A stretch of 63,344 bases of DNA, the filler included, from Choristocarpus tenellus KU-1152 (Eukaryota; Protista; Phaeophyceae): assembly GCA_964200185.2 (NCBI GenBank). It is 15 parts of 15 records of this genome, joined end to end, with 100 filler letters (N's around TTAATTAATTAA, not from the genome) between each part and the next. Parts side by side here need not be neighbours in the genome. Positions count along the whole stretch, not along the records: positions 39,627 to 45,041 come from CAXNAD020010854.1; positions 45,142 to 48,311 come from CAXNAD020021805.1; positions 48,412 to 50,970 come from CAXNAD020026785.1; positions 51,071 to 54,884 come from CAXNAD020017778.1; 11 more parts are not named here. One strand, 5' to 3'. The translations under genes were made by a program, and so were the position numbers. The notes beneath the pieces are model-generated. The model was not told the DNA's origin. It searched no databases and was given only the letters and a program-made list of their open reading frames with translations. Positions 39,875 to 52,056 of the stretch are shown here, in pieces (position 1 is the stretch's first letter; each line of letters begins with the position of its first letter).

Positions 39875-41600
39875 AAAATCTCCCCCTTTCTTCCTGTGTG
39901 TTCGCGCACCCACTCTTTGACCTCGGCAAGGATGTCCTCGTAGAGGCCCAGAACGAAACGCCCCTCGTCGTGGCCCTTGCTCCAGCACCTTGATGTGGCC
40001 CTTAGTTAGGAAGTCTATCTCCCATTTACTCACAGTTTCCGACCTGATCATCGAATATCCTGCTGCCATCTCGAGTGCCGTTTGAAGGTCTTTCCCGTTC
40101 TTCATACACAGGTACAGGATTTGCAGTGTTAGAGCCTTTACTATCACATTTCCTTGTTGAGCGCCGGAAATGGGCGTCGTCCGTGTTTCCTGGGTGGGTG
40201 ATATTTTATCATCAAGGCGTAAGGGCGAGGGAGGACAGGCTTGAGTTGATCGCTAATTGTGTCAATTTCTCGAATGAATACAGGCAGGGAAAAAGCCTTG
40301 ATCAATTTATACGTCCAGCCCTAAGTCCAGGAACAAAAGGGAATGTACAGCATCTTGCAAGAAGTGGGAGATGCTGAAATATTCCACACTGGACCCACAG
40401 GTTTCGTGCTTTGATGAAGGACAATGAATAGCTTGATGTAGATATGCAAAGTTAATATTACAAGAGGCTTATGGTCTCGATTGCGCTGACTGAACTTATG
40501 GGGTGAGACAGGTGTATACTACCATTACTCTTCCTATAGTGTGGGGTTTGCAATCGTTCACACTAATTTACTATGAATCACTTATTTACTTGTCTTCAAT
40601 ATAGCAACTGTATTTTGAACATGACACAAGTCGATTGACATCAGTGAGTCAATACATATATCTATCATTGGCTCTCCATCTTATTATCTAATCCACCGGT
40701 GGTGTCTATAGTGTATCAGCAGGACTATCTACGAACAGAAGACACCAAACCATCAGTTTGCACATAGTCTCAATCTCACCTCCTCTTCTTCCCTGGCGTC
40801 CTCACCGATGGCTACCTCCACCTGCTTCGCGAACTCTTTAAGTAAAGGATTTGGTGGCATCGAAAAGTCTTCACAGCAGCCTTTGTTACCATCGCTTTCT
40901 CCTCCGTTTTGCGAACCCTTTAGACCTTCTTTCGGGCTTCAGAGCCCTTGTATCCCAACCCTAACACCTTCTTTCTCGTTTCCTTAAGCCAATCAGGCTT
41001 ACATAGCTTCCAAACAGCTAGGGCCTGCTGCAACTGTTGACTACTAAGATATTCTACACCCAGGTTTTCGTTTTGGCGTTTTCTGAGCGTAACGGCAATC
41101 AGTCGCATTGCTCTCCTTCCCAACCTTCCCTTGGTCGTGACCAGGCTTCCCCACAGACTTCATCACTGTACCACCTGGTGATGGACTCACCACTCTCTTC
41201 CTGTTTTCCCAAGGCAGCAGAGACTGCAGAGCAGTGCTACGACCTGGTTGAAGACCCAACCACCACGTTTGTGTGGTAATGCTTTCCATGCATCTTCTCT
41301 CAGCGTCAGTGTCGCGGCCGGGTCGTCCATTGCGCGATTTGATCATGCTGCTGCGCCACAGTACACGCACTTTCTCGTCACCTAATATTGCACTGAGTGT
41401 CACATGGTACTTGTTTATTGTCGCCTCTCGACAGAGAAGATCCCGGGGGCAGAGTAGCCTCGGCAGCTCTCCTTGTCTCACCGTGGTGGTTCTTGTTGCT
41501 GTGTGGGTGTCACGTGTATGTGTGTGCTCTCAAAAAGTCTGCATATGGTGCTAAAAAGATGTTCATAAATATTGCTTTTTTTTCGGTATTGCCACAAGCA
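39875..41600 (-). mobile_element. Decayed IS630/Tc1/mariner-like DNA transposon, N-terminal transposase region, copy 1
   Basis: Colinear with 61560-63125. Encodes ..RSETVSKWEIDFLTKGHIKV.EQG../EDILAEVKEWVREHTGRKGE, the HTH region that precedes the DDE domain in this transposase group (recognised by eye). Confidence 0.6.
40372..40737. mobile_element. Solo LTR (366 bp) inserted in the Tc1-like element
   Basis: TG...CA ends, 5-bp TSD GGAGA/GAAGA (one mismatch), absent from the homologous site in the 62.6 kb copy. Confidence 0.8.
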
Positions 41601-41660
41601 CTGTATTTAGGCAGCGGCCTAACCCGCATCAGTTTTTTGCGGGGAGTTCAGCCAACCACT

Positions 41661-41910
41661 GAGTCAAAGTATCTGAGAGGGTAGAGACGCGTCCATTTGG
41701 GGCCAAAATCCAATGTTGCGGTTTTGATGCAATTTTGGCTATCGTTTTGTTAGGAGGTGTCAATATCCTTGTTCCGATCAAACCTCTTCATAATACATTT
41801 TTTCTTCTCCAAAATTTTTGGAGCAGGAAAAAGTGATAAAAAAAACGTGGGAAGCCAAGCCCCAAACGGATACAGCAAAACTCGTACCCTCCATCCAAGA
41901 TACTTTCACC
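41661..41910 (+). mobile_element. MITE family A copy
   Basis: GAGTCAAAGTATCTGAGAGGGTAG..AAGATACTTTCAC. Confidence 0.88.
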
Positions 41911-43404
41911 AGAGTTAGTACATTCCTGCATACAAATCTTCAACATCTCTTTTCATTAGCTCTCATTTGATATTTATATTGTTGCATACTTCTTGTGGCA
42001 ATACAGTGCAAAAAGTAAGATTGCTTCAGAGGGATAACCTATTGGTACCACTTTACTGCTGTAACACACACACACACACACACACAGGAAAATATGAAAT
42101 CCGATGCCTAAGTTCTATTGTCTAAGGGTATATCAAGGCAGATACGAGTAAGTATAAGAAAACTATAACAGAATACCAAAAAAAAAATGGATAGTAATCA
42201 GCCCAATAAAGGAAGATGTAGTAGCACACATGTATGTGAATGGTAGGAAAATTAATTAAAACCGAATAAAATAAATATAAAATGCGCTCCCCATCAACAA
42301 GTCCGACCTCACTAACACAAGTCGTCCGTGGAAGCATGTACCGGATTGATGGAGGAGAGGGTGACTCATGAATACAAATACATACCGTAGCTCATCCGTG
42401 CTGTGTCTCTCCTCTCTGCATTACGGCAATGTGGGACTTGTCCAGAACCAGGCCTGTGTAGGAGCGCCCTGTTCTGTAGTGTACCGTTCTACAGCAAGCT
42501 GGATATTTCACACCTCGCCATTCTCCCATTTCACATTATAGGGGTAGCTGACTCGCTCCTCTCCAACTCTCACCGTGTAGTGGGGCTGGTGGGGCTGGTA
42601 CCTGGCACGATCCCTCGCATCCTCTGACGGTCCCATTGGAAGTACATCCCCTGCCCTCGGCTTGATAATAAAGTGTTCTTCCCTTGTCCGAATCCTGCAT
42701 AACCCTCAGTGATGGTTCGAGGAGGATATAGGCCTCGGTATCCTTCTCCTCGTCCCTATGCTTCTCCTGGTGAACCATCCGCCATGGTGTTGGATGACAC
42801 GCTGGGCTGCAGCCTTATCATGGTCCCTCCTCTCCTTCAACCGAAGTTCTTCGACCACCGTCTCAATCTCGTCCTCAGTCATGTACGACCTCAGTTCAGG
42901 GGGCAAAGAGTTCTCGCCATCGTACCGTAGGAACGCACAGAGTAGATATATGCCCTTGAATCGTCTATGTCAACGTTGTGGACCTCCCCCCGTACGATAG
43001 TGTCCCCACTCGAGCATAGGATAAACCCAGTGCCTAGGCCAAACTTGGCATTGGATGTATCTTCAAGTCTGAGTTGCCTTGAGAAGCCGAGCAGGTATCC
43101 CACCGAGGGATTGCCGGTTGGATTCCGATGTGAACCTCTGGTATTGACCAGGCAGGATAGTGAATGTGTTGTCCAGGTTGCTGTGGTGAAGGTCTGTCAA
43201 GTCAGGGATTAGGATAGTCTGAAGGGGGACGATGCAGGGACCAGGTTGTGCGTCCTGCAGCGCCATGACAATATTTGTTGGGTTAGGGTTAGGTTGTTGG
43301 GGATGATTGTTCGGATGTTTGTGGTGAGATCCTCCATGGAGTAGTCCAACTGGGAGCGAACTTGACTGTGGAGGGTGTCGTAGTCAGGAGAAAGTCCGGA
43401 GAGA

Positions 43405-43662
43405 GTGTGAAAGTATCTTAGAGGGTACGAGTTTTGCCCTGTTTGTCCATTTTGGGCTTGGCTTCCCACGTTTTTCAAATAACATTTTGCTATTCCAAAA
43501 TAGGTAAAATCTATACGTTTTGGAGTAGGTACCATGTATATGTCCGGAACAAGGATATTAACACTTCTTAACAAACACGATAGCCCAAATTACATCAAAA
43601 TCACAACATTGGGTTTTGGCCGCCAATCGGACGCGGGTCTACCCTCTAAGACACTTTGACTC
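43405..43662 (-). mobile_element. MITE family A inserted in Copia gag
   Basis: Removing the element plus one AGA TSD restores in-frame RASILSGLSPDYD. Confidence 0.93.
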
Positions 43663-44241
43663 AGAATGGAAGCCCGCAGACGGAACTTGCTAATGGTTTC
43701 CCCAAACCCCTCCAACTGGACGTTAGCCTTGTAGAAGAGCAGGAGCCACTTGTTGGGACCCTCGCCAGGTTCCATTCTACAGCATTCAAATCGGTGATGA
43801 ACAGCATGCATCCGTTGTTTCGTCGCAGCTTCGTACTTGGACTTCAGGGCTCACCATGCTGACAGGCTATCGTTGAGGTTGGTCTTGTCCCGCTGCATTC
43901 CGTGAAGAAGGTCTTTGGCAGGTCCACGGCATCTAGCGAGAAAGATGCCGAACAGCTGGTCATTGTCTTTTTCGTATGTTGGTGGTGGGGGTGGAGGTGG
44001 TGGTGAGAGGACGGGAAGCGCACTGGATCAAAACTTGATGGACCCGAGGGGAAAGCCAACTCAAGATGCCCACAAAGTCAAGTTTGAACGCGTCCCAGGA
44101 GGAGTCATCGACAGAGAAGATAGATAGTTTCAGGGTGCGTTCCATGGCAGTACAATGGTGATATCTGGTGGAGTGAGAGGGGTGGGTAGTTTAAGACAAG
44201 GTCAGGCAAATGTGCTGTAGTATGTTTCGATCAAGTGTTGA

Positions 44242-44252
44242 GGCTCATAACC
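44242..44252 (-). promoter_or_regulatory. Copia primer-binding site (internal tRNA-iMet type)
   Basis: GGTTATGAGCC directly after the LTR terminus CAACA. Confidence 0.8.
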
Positions 44253-44819
44253 TGTTGAAACCTGAACCTAATGAGTCGTGCTTTCGTGTGAGATGATTAG
44301 TTTGTGATGTGAAGAGGTGTCATAGTGCCGCAACGCACCGGCGAATTTGTTCTGTTGAAACTGAGGTCATTGCTCCCTCAGTCAAAGGATGGATGGTGTG
44401 AATTCAGTGATCTTCCTTGATATAATCAAAGGTAGATATGCATGCTCCAAGAAGAGGCTTGTTTACCTTGGCGGATAAGGGTTTCTTCGGATGTTTTCAC
44501 TCTGAGTATATGGCATCCCAGGTGTGCATCAGGTACACTTAACACAGAGTGAGCTTGGTGTATTATCAGGGGCCAATGCCAACCAAGAAAAATAATAATC
44601 AACAATTAACGTGCAGGTGGAGTCTTCTGCTATTAAGAAGAAGAAAGGCAAAAAACAAAAAAACAAGCAAACTAACAACAGAATAGACTTAACCAATATC
44701 TGATGTAACTCAATTGCCGCAGGCTGTGACTGTGTGCGCGATGTGTAACGCCTTATCTTGTGCTTCTGATGTACTGCGGTGTTCTGAAAGTCATTGATGG
44801 TGCTGTGATGATGAGCTAA

Positions 44820-45041
44820 GAAAACCCCTCCATGCCCACCTCCCTGGTGATTCCAGCTTAAAACGAATGACACGTCTAGACAGTGCTACTTGCGTAGTTA
44901 TCGAGACAATTTGGCGTAGTCGGGATTTAACTACTCCTTTCCTGTTATATCCTTGGGTTCCTCTCCCCCCTACCATGTGAGTAGCCAGCTCATCCAGGAA
45001 GCATTCCGCTTGCTTGCCGAGGCGCCCAAAACTTTCCACTG
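44820..45041 (-). mobile_element. CRE-like RLE non-LTR retrotransposon 3' fragment
   Basis: VESFGRLGKQAECFLDELATHMVGG..RLRQIVSITTQVALSRRV, the typical C-terminus of the CRE-clade restriction-like endonuclease. Confidence 0.78.
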
Positions 45042-46094
45042 NNNNNNNNNNNNNNNNNNNNNNNNNNNNNNNNNNNNNNNNNNNNTTAATTAATTAANNN
45101 NNNNNNNNNNNNNNNNNNNNNNNNNNNNNNNNNNNNNNNNNCCATAAATGGGGGCACATATACTCCTCCTCCCCCTCCCCTCTAAGTCCAGCATGATACA
45201 CAAGCGAGGCCAACCCAAATTGTAAGGTAAGGTAAGATTGTCGTGCTTTTGACAGTTTCAACCTCTCCGCTGTGTCACACATAACACGTCTAGCATTGGA
45301 GCAACACGGAACACGGCGCAATCAAGATTAATTTAATTTTCCTTCTTTTTTTTTTCAAACATTCAAAAAAGTTTAAACAAGAAAATTAAAAAAAACACAT
45401 TGATAAAAAAAAAACTCATTATGTGAGAGGATCATACACACACAACACACATACACACACACAGCTACGCAAGTCCGATCTTTTTGCTCTGACAGCCACG
45501 TCTCCTGAGTGATTTCAATGTTTGGACAGAGACGAATCTAATATTTCTTTTTTTTCCAACTTGGAAACAAGAATGAAAAAAAAATCAATGAGGATTTTGT
45601 TTGTGGGGTCTCCATCAGCCTCCAACAAACAACGCGGTAAATACGCACGAGAACCAAGACATTAAAAAAAATAAATTATCCTATATAAATTGTGACTTAC
45701 TGAGGAAAAACGCCTTCATCCAGCAAACAACCGGGTTTCCCACTCAAATCAAAATAAAACAGAGCCAGTGCAAGAAAAACTAAAAAGAGACTTCAAGACG
45801 AAGGGCCCGCATACTATTTGTTCATTTTTTTAAGCAAAACAAAAAGAAAATAACACTAAATAAAAAACACCGTGGATGATTTATTTATTATTTCTTAAGA
45901 GACTAAAACATCGAGGCCTAGAATTTCCATTCCAATTTAGCATTTGGAACATTTCAAATTGTAACATTTTTTTTCAACACCAGCGGTTGTACCTAGTATT
46001 TGCAAGGCGTTACATAAATATGGTGCTGCAACCGAACTAAATCAGGAACTAAAAAAATAGACAATAGACAACAAAAAATATATCGTTTTATATA

Positions 46095-46286
46095 TGAACG
46101 TTTGATTAACTATTTTGATTAGTTAGATTTGAACGTTTGATTAACTATTTTGATTAGTTAGATTTGAACATTTGATTAACTATTTTGATTAGTTAGATTT
46201 GAAAGTTTGATTAACTATTTTGATTAGTTAGATTTGAACATTTGATTAACTATTTTGATTAGTTAGATTTGAACGTTTGATTAACT
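46095..46286. repeat. 35-bp tandem repeat, about 5.5 copies
   Basis: TGAACGTTTGATTAACTATTTTGATTAGTTAGATT head-to-tail with no spacers. Confidence 0.95.
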
Positions 46287-46300
46287 TCTCAGGTGTGTGT

Positions 46301-46578
46301 GAGTGAAAGTATGTTAGGGTTAGGGTACGAGTCTTGCCCTGTTTGTCCGTTGGGGGTATACCCTTTTGACTTCCCACGGGTTTTCTTAACAACATTCTAC
46401 CTACCCCCAAAATGTTTCGGAGTAGGTAAAATGTACACATTATGAAGAGGCGTGTCCAGAACAAGGACATCGACACGTCCGAACAAACACGATATAGCCA
46501 AAATTACATCAAAATCACAACATTGGAATTTGACCCCCCAAACGGACGCAGCAACCCCCTCTAAGATACTTTAGACTC
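46301..46578 (-). mobile_element. MITE family A copy
   Basis: TSD TGT; the left TIR reads GTTAGGGTTAGGGTA. Confidence 0.88.
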
Positions 46579-46980
46579 TGTGAGTGTGAGCGCGTGCTCG
46601 GTTGACTCTCAATAACGGTGCTTGATATCTCGGAGGCGTTTTTCAATCTTATTCAAACAAATAAGAAAAACTTATGAACCAATAAAAAAAACACACACAC
46701 AACACAACACAACACCTGTACCCACCAAGAAATCAATTCACAACATCTATGCCATACTATGTACCATATATTGCACAGGAATAGGAAATATATATATATA
46801 TATCATGTGAATGAAAAAAAAAAATGCACACAACACATACTTGAACAAAAAAAAAACGAAAAAAAAAACAGGTCTTTGTTTTTTCACTGAGCGGTGGTGG
46901 GCTGTGGTCAGTAGAAAGTTTTGACAGCCCCAGACCGGCCTTGTTAAAGAGCATATTGATACCAAACACATTGGTACCAG

Positions 46981-47003
46981 ACCCTAACCCTAACCCTAAC
47001 CCT
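46981..47003. repeat. Interstitial telomere-type (CCCTAA)n; shorter tracts near 15795, 47551 and 50670
   Basis: ACCCTAACCCTAACCCTAACCCT. Confidence 0.6.
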
Positions 47004-48774
47004 TAAGATATTCAAAGGTTCCGTTCAAATAACTCATGACCCTGCATATCAGCCCTGTTAGAACCTATTGGCACCAGGCGACAGGGCTGGCCAGGTTAGA
47101 ACTATCATTCACACCTCTGACGACTCTGGATTGGCCTTGTTAGAACTCATGTTATAACACATCGGCACCAGGCCGCCCAACCGTCTCCTGGTCCAACTCA
47201 ATTCTCAGATAACCCTGGACCAGCCTTGACAGAGCATATTAGTATCGAACACACTGGCATCGAAAATGTTGGGACCGGACTTTGGGACCACCTGATTCCA
47301 TTCAAACCTCATAAACTCTGGTTCAGTCCTGCCAGAGACACAGGCACCCCAGCAAGTAGCACTTTGCACACTGCCCGACCAGGTCAGAACCTGCACATCA
47401 CTTAATACAGTTCAAACGTCACTGAATACAGGTAGACTCCAAAAAGTACTTGGTATGTATCATTGCAAAGTAAAGGTATATACCTTTTTTTAGTCGATGA
47501 AGTCCCTTCACATAAATACACCATTGACACCTCCGCAAAATGATAAAACAACCCTAACCCTAACCCTTAAAAAAAAAGAAAAGACCATAGATACAAATTA
47601 CTGGATCGATCTTACACACACACATCTAACACTGCCTGCCCGCAACGTGAAAGAAAGAATCATTAGTTTGTTGCTCTCAACTCATCGCCGGTGACCCCCC
47701 CCCCCCCCCCCCGCCCCCCCAGCAGTTCCGATCCTGATTTTTTAAAACCGATGGAAGTCTTTTTAATAAAAGAGGCGGTGCGGTGCTGCTTCCCTAAAAT
47801 AAAAATAAAAATAAAAATAAAAATAAAAACCAACTGCCAGGGAACGCCCAGGGAGCACGTAACGGACAAGAGCAGTAGTTTTTTTCAACCCGCACCAAAA
47901 TACCTGTTTCTCAGAAGTTTGAATGAATAATTACAAAAAAAAATATGTTATTTTTAGGAAAACTTAAAAAAAATATGTATGTATCTCAAAAAAAAGAAAA
48001 AGCACTCGCCCCTTTTTAAAGACGACCAACTCAACCGGTTCACCGGACTCGAGGGGGTCCCAAAGTTCAAGAGTCGACGTTCGCCCCAGGAACAACAGGG
48101 AAGAGGCTCGTTTGTTGGAGGTGCGGCCAGAAGGCGTGTTTAGACGATGCAAGCACCAAACAAGACAGAAGAGATGAAACAAATCCCACATTAAAAAAAA
48201 AAAGCTTCGAAAAAGGTAAACCGTAGTTTCAATTCGAAAACGCCTCCCCCCACCCACAAAAACTGCCAAAACGTTTCTCCGGCCAAAGGATGTGGGGGGT
48301 AGGAAGGACACNNNNNNNNNNNNNNNNNNNNNNNNNNNNNNNNNNNNNNNNNNNNTTAATTAATTAANNNNNNNNNNNNNNNNNNNNNNNNNNNNNNNNN
48401 NNNNNNNNNNNATCCCCACACCACCACCAGTTTGGGAACACTATTCCCCCCCCTTTCCCCCCGCGCATTTTTTTTTTCCCCCCCCCCCCCCCCCCCCCCC
48501 CCCCTCCCCCCTTTATTTTTAAGCTAAGGGATATCGTAATGTTTCGGAGAGGATGGGTGCGTAGAACACCCTCCCTCCGAGCGTATTAACTACCCGATGT
48601 GTGCTTTTGTCGGAGTGTGTGTGGGATAGTACTTTTTTTTTAAATATTGTTTTTGTTCGTGGGATAGTCGACCCATTCTCTTCTCACGGACTTTTTTTGT
48701 TTTGTTTTATTATTTTATTCATTTTTCTATTTGTTGTTTGTGGTACACTTTGGAAAAAAGTGAATGCATTTTTT

Positions 48775-48980
48775 TTTCTAAGTGTAGCGTATTTATTGTA
48801 ATTGTTGGAAAAAACTGAGTGTAACTACTATATTTATTTATTTTTTTATTTTTTATAGGTGTAAGTGATTTTTTTTTCTAAGTTTAGTGTATTGTAAATG
48901 TTGGAAAAAACTTAAGTGTAACTACTATATTTATTTATTTTTCTTAGTGTATTATAAATGTTGGAAAAAACTTAGTGCAA
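48775..48980. repeat. AT-rich degenerate direct repeat, 3 copies
   Basis: TGTTGGAAAAAACT..GTGTAACT(ACTATATTTATTTATTTT). Confidence 0.75.
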
Positions 48981-50865
48981 CTTTCTACCTTGTGGTGTGT
49001 GGATGTGTGGGCTATACACGGGTATATTCTGCTATGTTTTTGTTGGTCGTTTTTATGTAAGAAAAAAGAAAGGTATGTTTAAATTTTTTTTTGAAAATGA
49101 TGGATGCAAGAATAAAATATCTCAAGCTTGCAAGCTTTTGGCGATACACTTGAACTTAGTATACCATATATTATTCACCCTTGATGCTTCACTTCCCCAC
49201 ATGCACCTGATGTCATCCATCCCCCTTCTGATATTAAAAAAAATAGTAATACAAAACATACGTTGTTATTATTATTATTATTATTATTATTGGTAATGTT
49301 GCTGTTATTATTATTATTGTTACTGCTATTATTAATAATAGTATATTGATTGTGTTGACTAAATCTCTCCCTGCATGTTTTTTTTTGTTAAAATAAAAAT
49401 AAAATTGCAAAATGAATCCAGTGGCGCCTAGAGCAGGGGATGAGGAGCTCATCCTGAACATCAGACAGGGAGATGCCTACGACTTCGGTGAGTTTATTTT
49501 ATTTCATTTGTATATATATTATTATTGTTATTATTCATTAAAAAATTAATGTTTTCGACGATACTGTGATAGTACCCAGAGAAACAAAAAAAAAAACTTC
49601 TGTTATTTTTTTTACATACATTATTATTATTTTTATTATTCATTAATAAAATAGATAAATTTGATGATACTGTGGTAGTACGCAGAGTGAGAAACAAAAA
49701 AACAAAAACAATATCTTTTGTAAGAGCTTGTTGTGTATGTGTGTGTGTGTGAGTGAGTGAGTGAGAGAGAGAGAGAGAAAGAGAGGTACATGCATGCATG
49801 CACCCGTGGTCTGACTTGAGTTGGTGTGCTCTGTAGGTATATGTATGGGAGTAGTAACCGCTGCTTTTCGAAAATTGATGCTGCTTGTTGGAAAGTGGGG
49901 TGATGCTGCATTAATATCTGCTCAATTGTTGAGGTGGGGTCTCATTCGTGCTATGTATGTGTGTATGTATGTATGTATATTATATATGTATGTATGTATA
50001 CATATGTATACATATGTGTGGGCATGTGGAAGAGCTTGCGTACTGTGACACCATAAAAAAAAACGAAAAAAATCGGGACAACAGGAATGGTAACACGGGA
50101 CTACAAACCTACAAGAACAAGCGCAACCTTTTTCTTAATGTAAGATCAAAAAAATAAAATAGTCGGGTACGGTAGTCGACCTCCTCCTTCTTGTCAAAAA
50201 AATAAAAATAGCACAGAACGCTCGATCAAGTTGAACGATATGACGGGAGCATGTACCTAAGGTGGACTTGTTACAATGATGAACATGATGGAGTAAGATA
50301 ACAATAACATCAGGGACAAGTATATCGATAACACTGATGATGATCATGATGACCATGGCGATACAGGATGAATTGTAATTGCAGTGGACATACAATGCGA
50401 CCTGGACGATATGTATTCGCCTCCACCTTACGCACCCATTCCCTGTTGAGCTGTCCTCGACGATCTGTTGTCCCACACAGCCAGTTATATTTTTGTTTAT
50501 TGGCTTGTATCAGAGTTGAGAAGACGACGAGATACCTTCACTATAGGCGGGGCTCACCACCAATCCTTCCATTAAATGACTCAGAATACCAAACTACTCG
50601 ACAGTTCTATAGCACACGCCAGAAACACTCCGACTCTAACAGTCCGCCGATTACTTCTGGTCAAATAATACCCTAACCCTAAATATCCTTAATGTCCCGC
50701 GTTATCATCTGTACGTACATAAAATAATACTTCAAAAAATCGTATTCTCAAAAATGGTCAAGCATAATCTTGATGCACTCCCCTCCCCTGCTCTGACTAT
50801 GCAGTGAGAATCAAGTCAGTCCAACAATAAATCCCAACTTGAAATCAACTCAATCCGCGCACTTC

Positions 50866-50970
50866 GAATCTTATTCCCACACATGAATCTTATTCCCACA
50901 CATGAATCTTATTCCCACAAATGAATCTTATTCCCACACATGAATCTTATTCCCACAAATGAATCTTATT
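50866..50970. repeat. 19-bp tandem repeat running into the contig end
   Basis: GAATCTTATTCCCACA(C/A)AT, about 5.5 copies. Confidence 0.95.
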
Positions 50971-51070
50971 NNNNNNNNNNNNNNNNNNNNNNNNNNNNNN
51001 NNNNNNNNNNNNNNTTAATTAATTAANNNNNNNNNNNNNNNNNNNNNNNNNNNNNNNNNNNNNNNNNNNN

Positions 51071-51212
51071 CAGGGTGTCCATTTGGGCCAAATCAGGAAA
51101 GGTGCATTTACATTATCCATCCGACGTATTCAACCAATCACCCAAAAATCGCGACATGAAAAAATTGACCCCAAATGGACAGCCACTACCCCCCCCCCAG
51201 ACACTTTGAGCC
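51071..51212 (+). mobile_element. MITE family B, cut by contig start
   Basis: GGGTGTCCATTTGG..CCCCAAATGGACAGCC..CAGACACTTTGAGCC. Confidence 0.88.
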
Positions 51213-51313
51213 TTGGCCTCATGATGCTCAAATTATCTGAACTGTAAGAGTAGATCTGGTGCTGGAAGTGTCATGAGTCAGATGGATGTGAGGAATGCTT
51301 TATGTCAAATCCC

Positions 51314-51571
51314 GATGCAAAGTATCTTAGAGGGTAGAGCCGCGTCCATTTGGGGGCCAAAATACAATGTTTCGATTTTGATGTAATTTTGGCTACCGCG
51401 GTTGTTAGGAAGTGTCAATATCCTTGCTCCGGACACACCTTTTCATAACGTATACAGTTTACCTACTCAGAAAAGTTTCTAGGTAGGAAAATGTCGCAAG
51501 AAACCCGTGGGAAGCCAAGCCCCAAATGGACAAAAACGGCAAAACTCGTACCCTCTAAGATACTTTCTCTC
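51314..51571 (+). mobile_element. MITE family A copy
   Basis: TIRs largely intact, TSD CCC. Confidence 0.9.
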
Positions 51572-51749
51572 CCCTGTAGATACATGTAAGTTGTAATGAA
51601 ATCGCCAAGTTTTCGGTATATGACGAGCGCCAGTGTAGTTGGGGACTCGAAAACGCATTTTTGCTGGAGGCCATAGCCTGGAGTGGTAGAACCTGATAGC
51701 GAGTGTACTTGATACTTAGACTGTATGGTGCCTCCATCACCCGCAGATT

Positions 51750-52056
51750 TGCTACAGGCGCCCCAGAAAGCTTACCTCCATAGGATGTATAGCTCCAATC
51801 TACGGGCCTATAGATGATACTGATGTACGTATAGGACTCCTGATGCGCAAGTCGTCAAGTATGCTGGATCTCTCACTTGGATTAACATCAATATCATCGT
51901 ATAAGAAAGGAACTAATCAACGATGTCTTCACAATCGGGGGCCATAATGACCAAATAATAAATGAACAATCAAGAAGTACAAATATATCAAATCTAGAAC
52001 TTCAATATCATAATGATGTTTATGTAACCGCCATCAAGACATTATCGCCTGTGACA
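51750..52056 (-). mobile_element. About 307-bp solo LTR or short TG..CA element with a 4-bp TSD
   Basis: TGCTACAG...CTGTGACA flanked by GATT/GATT; reverse-complement homolog at 56366-56674. Confidence 0.85.

Larger units (their letters stand above)
42200..44350 (-). mobile_element. Ty1/Copia-type element: 5' LTR end, PBS, decayed gag, then C-terminal Tudor/SH3-like domains; no RT/RNaseH or 3' LTR
   Basis: Minus strand TTTCAACA|GGTTATGAGCC (LTR end 44253, PBS 44252-44242). gag from ATG 44145: F..D..SWDAFKLDF..NDQLFGIFLARCRGPAKDLL..AW*ALKSKYE..CRMEPGE..LEGFGETIS..RASIL/SGLSPDYD. The reading frame ends ..YPYNVKWENGEV*NIQLAVERY..APTQAWFWTSPTLP* at 42421. Confidence 0.8.

Noticed and set aside
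46095-46286. 35-bp repeat as a CRISPR array
   Set aside because: Units are head-to-tail with no unique spacers, there are no cas genes, and the context is eukaryotic.
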